Position numbers and translations under genes: made by a program. 26,673 nt of DNA from a virus (taxonomy: Duplodnaviria > Caudoviricetes). The notes under the pieces were generated by a model. The model was not told where the DNA came from. It did no database searches and saw nothing but the letters and a program-made list of their open reading frames with translations. Below are positions 24,863-26,673 of the stretch, piece by piece; within the stretch, counting starts at the first letter, position 1; the number at the start of each line of letters is the position of its first letter. The DNA lies in the IMG/VR virus record IMGVR_UViG_3300049182_000012, positions 1 to 26,673 of that record. One strand, given 5' to 3'.

Positions 24863-24958
24863 GTTGCCGTCGCAAGCAGCAGTTGAAAGCCGTTACACAT
24901 GCATTCGGCCCCGGTTAATCTGGGGTTGCGACCCGAGTGCAGTTGTAACGGCTTTTTT
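24863..24958 (+). ncRNA. Predicted ~95-nt pseudoknotted small RNA or attenuator ending in a U-tract
   Basis: 5' hairpin GTTGC/GCAGC with loop GTCGCAA. Long stem 24886-897/24944-955 plus 24900-908/24933-941. Inner hairpin 24909-925. The bulge TTGCGAC (24926-932) complements the 5' loop. Confidence 0.65.
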
Positions 24959-24959
24959 G

Positions 24960-25220
24960 TTTGCGCAGCAACCCTCAGAGCGGGTTAGCTAATGGGCCTG
25001 AATGGGCCGCACTCAAGAAACACCGGCACTGCGATACACCCCGCAGACTTGTCCGACCGAACTAGAGTCAGGTATCGGTTAAAGGCGTTGGTAACTCAGG
25101 TGGAAACTAGGCCAACGTTATAAGCGAATGACTCCCTCATGGGCACTTGGTGTATTTGGTCAAAGACTGGATACATGGAGCGGGCAGGATGCGGATACAT
25201 CCACCCTAGTAGACCTGCAA
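24960..25220 (+). ncRNA. Hairpin-dense non-coding region (candidate long ncRNA or replication origin)
   Basis: At least six short inverted repeats and a tandem AATGGGCC repeat. No convincing gene start before 25236. Confidence 0.4.
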
Positions 25221-25235
25221 CCTAAAAGGATGGAC

Positions 25236-25454
25236 ATGTTAAAAATGAAGCAAGCATACGAAATCGAGGTTTACGTTAGTGACGTTGGTTACTTGACGTT
25301 CAAACAAGAGGAAGGCGCCCCAGACGACATGAGCAGCATGGTGTTGTTGTCTTATGAGCAAACCCTAGTTTTGCGCGACTACCTTCCTGAGTTGATTAAG
25401 CAGCAAGAAGAAAAATGGGCTGGCGGTGTGACTGTTTACAAAGTTGAAGACTAA
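25236..25454 (+). CDS. Hypothetical protein (~72 aa)
   Basis: AAAGGA SD before ATG 25236. The tracked extension from 25128 lacks an SD and overlaps hairpins. Confidence 0.65.
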   Translation: MLKMKQAYEIEVYVSDVGYLTFKQEEGAPDDMSSMVLLSYEQTLVLRDYLPELIKQQEEKWAGGVTVYKVED

Positions 25455-25496
25455 GGGTTTCCCCTAATACCCCACCACCAAGAACAGGTACAGAAT
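25452..25496 (+). promoter_or_regulatory. Promoter with upstream palindromic site (site 3)
   Basis: TAAGGGTTTCCCCTAA at 25452-25467 and -10 CAGAAT at 25491-25496. Confidence 0.7.
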
Positions 25497-25521
25497 AAAG
25501 GCTCAACAACAGGAGATTGGA

Positions 25522-25599
25522 ATGAAACCCATCTGCACCTACTGCGGTAGAGAAGGCCACTTTGTGGCGCACTGCCCTATTTTTCCGAGGTCGGCATGA
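25522..25599 (+). CDS. 25-aa CCHC zinc-knuckle micropeptide
   Basis: Not in the track. AGGAG SD, MKPICTYCGREGHFVAHCPIFPRSA (CX2CX4HX4C), stop overlapping the next ATG. Confidence 0.75.
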   Translation: MKPICTYCGREGHFVAHCPIFPRSA

Positions 25600-25862
25600 C
25601 ACAAACAAAACACACGCCGGGACCGTGGAGCGACACAACCGGCACATCAGTTTGGGCCGGTGAAAAGTTGGTCGCTGCCGTCTACGGCGACGACCCCGAA
25701 TGCAAGGTCGACGAGCGAATGGCCGCCAACGCCCGCCTGATGGCCGCTGCGCCTGATTTGCTGTTTCAACTCATGGCGGCATCGAACTATATCGACGCAC
25801 TTGGTGGCGATAGCAAGTCGTATCGGCAAGCCATCTACAAGGCCACCAGGAACGCAGCATGA
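25596..25862 (+). CDS. Phage early protein (HTPGPW...ANARLMAAAPDLL type)
   Basis: Motif pair commonly seen in phage early-region small proteins, with ATGA overlaps. Confidence 0.75.
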   Translation: MTQTKHTPGPWSDTTGTSVWAGEKLVAAVYGDDPECKVDERMAANARLMAAAPDLLFQLMAASNYIDALGGDSKSYRQAIYKATRNAA

Positions 25863-26116
25863 GCGAGAAACAACCCGAAACCCTCAAATGGGCGGACGCC
25901 ATCGAGGCGGCTTGCATGCCTCAACTCGCGCAGTTTTTACGCACCCAGCACGCCGACATTGAGCGCAAGGATGCGCTGTTGCGACAGGCTTTGGGGGCAT
26001 TTGAATACGAGATGAAGCCGCTTTGCATGTGCTTCGCCGGATGCGACGAATGTGATCCTGCAACCGCACCGCGCATTGACCAGATTTCAGCCGCTATCCG
26101 CAAGGAGTTGCAATGA
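25859..26116 (+). CDS. Hypothetical protein with a Cys cluster
   Basis: 85 aa containing LCMCFAGCDECD, with ATGA overlaps. Confidence 0.65.
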   Translation: MSEKQPETLKWADAIEAACMPQLAQFLRTQHADIERKDALLRQALGAFEYEMKPLCMCFAGCDECDPATAPRIDQISAAIRKELQ

Positions 26117-26442
26117 CCACCACACCGCCGCCGATGCCTGAGCCGATTGCGTGGCATGAGTACGCCCGCAAAAAGCCGTCGTTGAAGCGCCTTGTCTTTG
26201 ACCGCACCAGCCCGAAAGACTTGCGTGTTGCCGGGTGGGTATCTGAAGCCTTGATTGAGGCTGCTTCCGTTGAAGCCCGCGACGCCCAATGGATGGAGCG
26301 CATCACCGCGCTGGAAGCTGACCGCAAGATGCTGCGGGAGGCGTTGACAGTTGCAGTCACGCAAAACGAACACGACATGCTGATGACGGGCGACGAATTG
26401 CGTGCGGCCAGCAACGTACTGAGGAATACCCATGACAACTGA
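26113..26442 (+). CDS. Hypothetical protein
   Basis: 109 aa, AGGAG SD, PMPEPIAW N-terminus and coiled-coil C-terminus. Confidence 0.65.
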   Translation: MTTTPPPMPEPIAWHEYARKKPSLKRLVFDRTSPKDLRVAGWVSEALIEAASVEARDAQWMERITALEADRKMLREALTVAVTQNEHDMLMTGDELRAASNVLRNTHDN

Positions 26443-26632
26443 TTGCGAACACAACTGGCAGTTCCAGCAGACGGTGTTCTGGCTTGGCCTTGAGCGCCCC
26501 GGATCGTCAGCGCGCGAAATGCACCTTGGCGACCGCTACTTTTGTACGAAGTGTCTGGAGTCGCGCATCACCAATGAGCGCATTCACGGCACCAACTACG
26601 ACAAACGCATCGAAGGGACTGTACCGAAATGA
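26432..26632 (+). CDS. Small Zn-ribbon-like protein
   Basis: CEH...FCTKC, GAGG SD. Confidence 0.6.
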   Translation: MTTDCEHNWQFQQTVFWLGLERPGSSAREMHLGDRYFCTKCLESRITNERIHGTNYDKRIEGTVPK

Positions 26633-26673
26633 CTGACCACCTGAAGACCATACGCTCCGCATTGGAGTCCTGC
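26629..26673 (+). CDS. Hypothetical protein (partial)
   Basis: ATGA overlap, MTDHLKTIRSALESC open to the window edge. Confidence 0.45.
   Translation, partial: MTDHLKTIRSALESC

Noticed and set aside
24863-24958. Known self-cleaving ribozyme (hammerhead, pistol, twister, HDV-like)
   Set aside because: Conserved catalytic cores such as CUGANGA/GAAA were not found by eye, and the terminal U-tract fits an attenuator or sRNA better.
25128-25235. N-terminal extension of the tracked 108-aa ORF
   Set aside because: There is no SD at 25128, it overlaps strong hairpins, and a good SD precedes ATG 25236.
25354-25369. Extra AAACCCT half-sites (about 25360 and 25878)
   Set aside because: They lie inside coding sequence, match only half the box and have no -10 at the expected distance.
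1-26673. CRISPR array, diversity-generating retroelement, IS element, integrase/att site, recoded stop codons
   Set aside because: No spaced repeats, reverse transcriptase, transposase or integrase were recognised, and genes read intact in the standard code.

Overview
This window is about 26.7 kb of a tailed dsDNA phage or prophage with podovirus-like virion genes. Minus strand 1-15.4 kb is the morphogenesis operon: terminases, portal, a fibre-like cassette, scaffold, capsid, decoration, adaptor, nozzle, a GNAT protein and ejection proteins. Upstream lies a ~370-nt non-coding stretch of tandem structured-RNA modules (15464-15833). A leftward early arm (15.8-21.3 kb) carries ERF recombinase, an SSB-like protein, NinB, NinG, HTH proteins and small ORFs. 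The rightward arm diverges at ~21.4 kb and begins with an IbrB(ParB/Srx)-unknown-IbrA(PAPS-reductase/DUF3440)-MazG module rather than cI/cro. That is followed by a stand-alone replisome-organiser C-terminal domain, a ~400-nt promoter-bearing structured non-coding region and small ORFs led by a 25-aa CCHC zinc-knuckle peptide. Highlights are (i) a 16-bp quasi-palindrome at a fixed 30.5-31.5 bp from five -10 boxes, with one copy serving both divergent promoters; (ii) the Ibr-like module at the usual immunity position; and (iii) two clusters of pseudoknotted RNA elements. No integrase, repressor, Q antiterminator or lysis genes were recognised. All family calls come from motif recognition by eye, not database searches.
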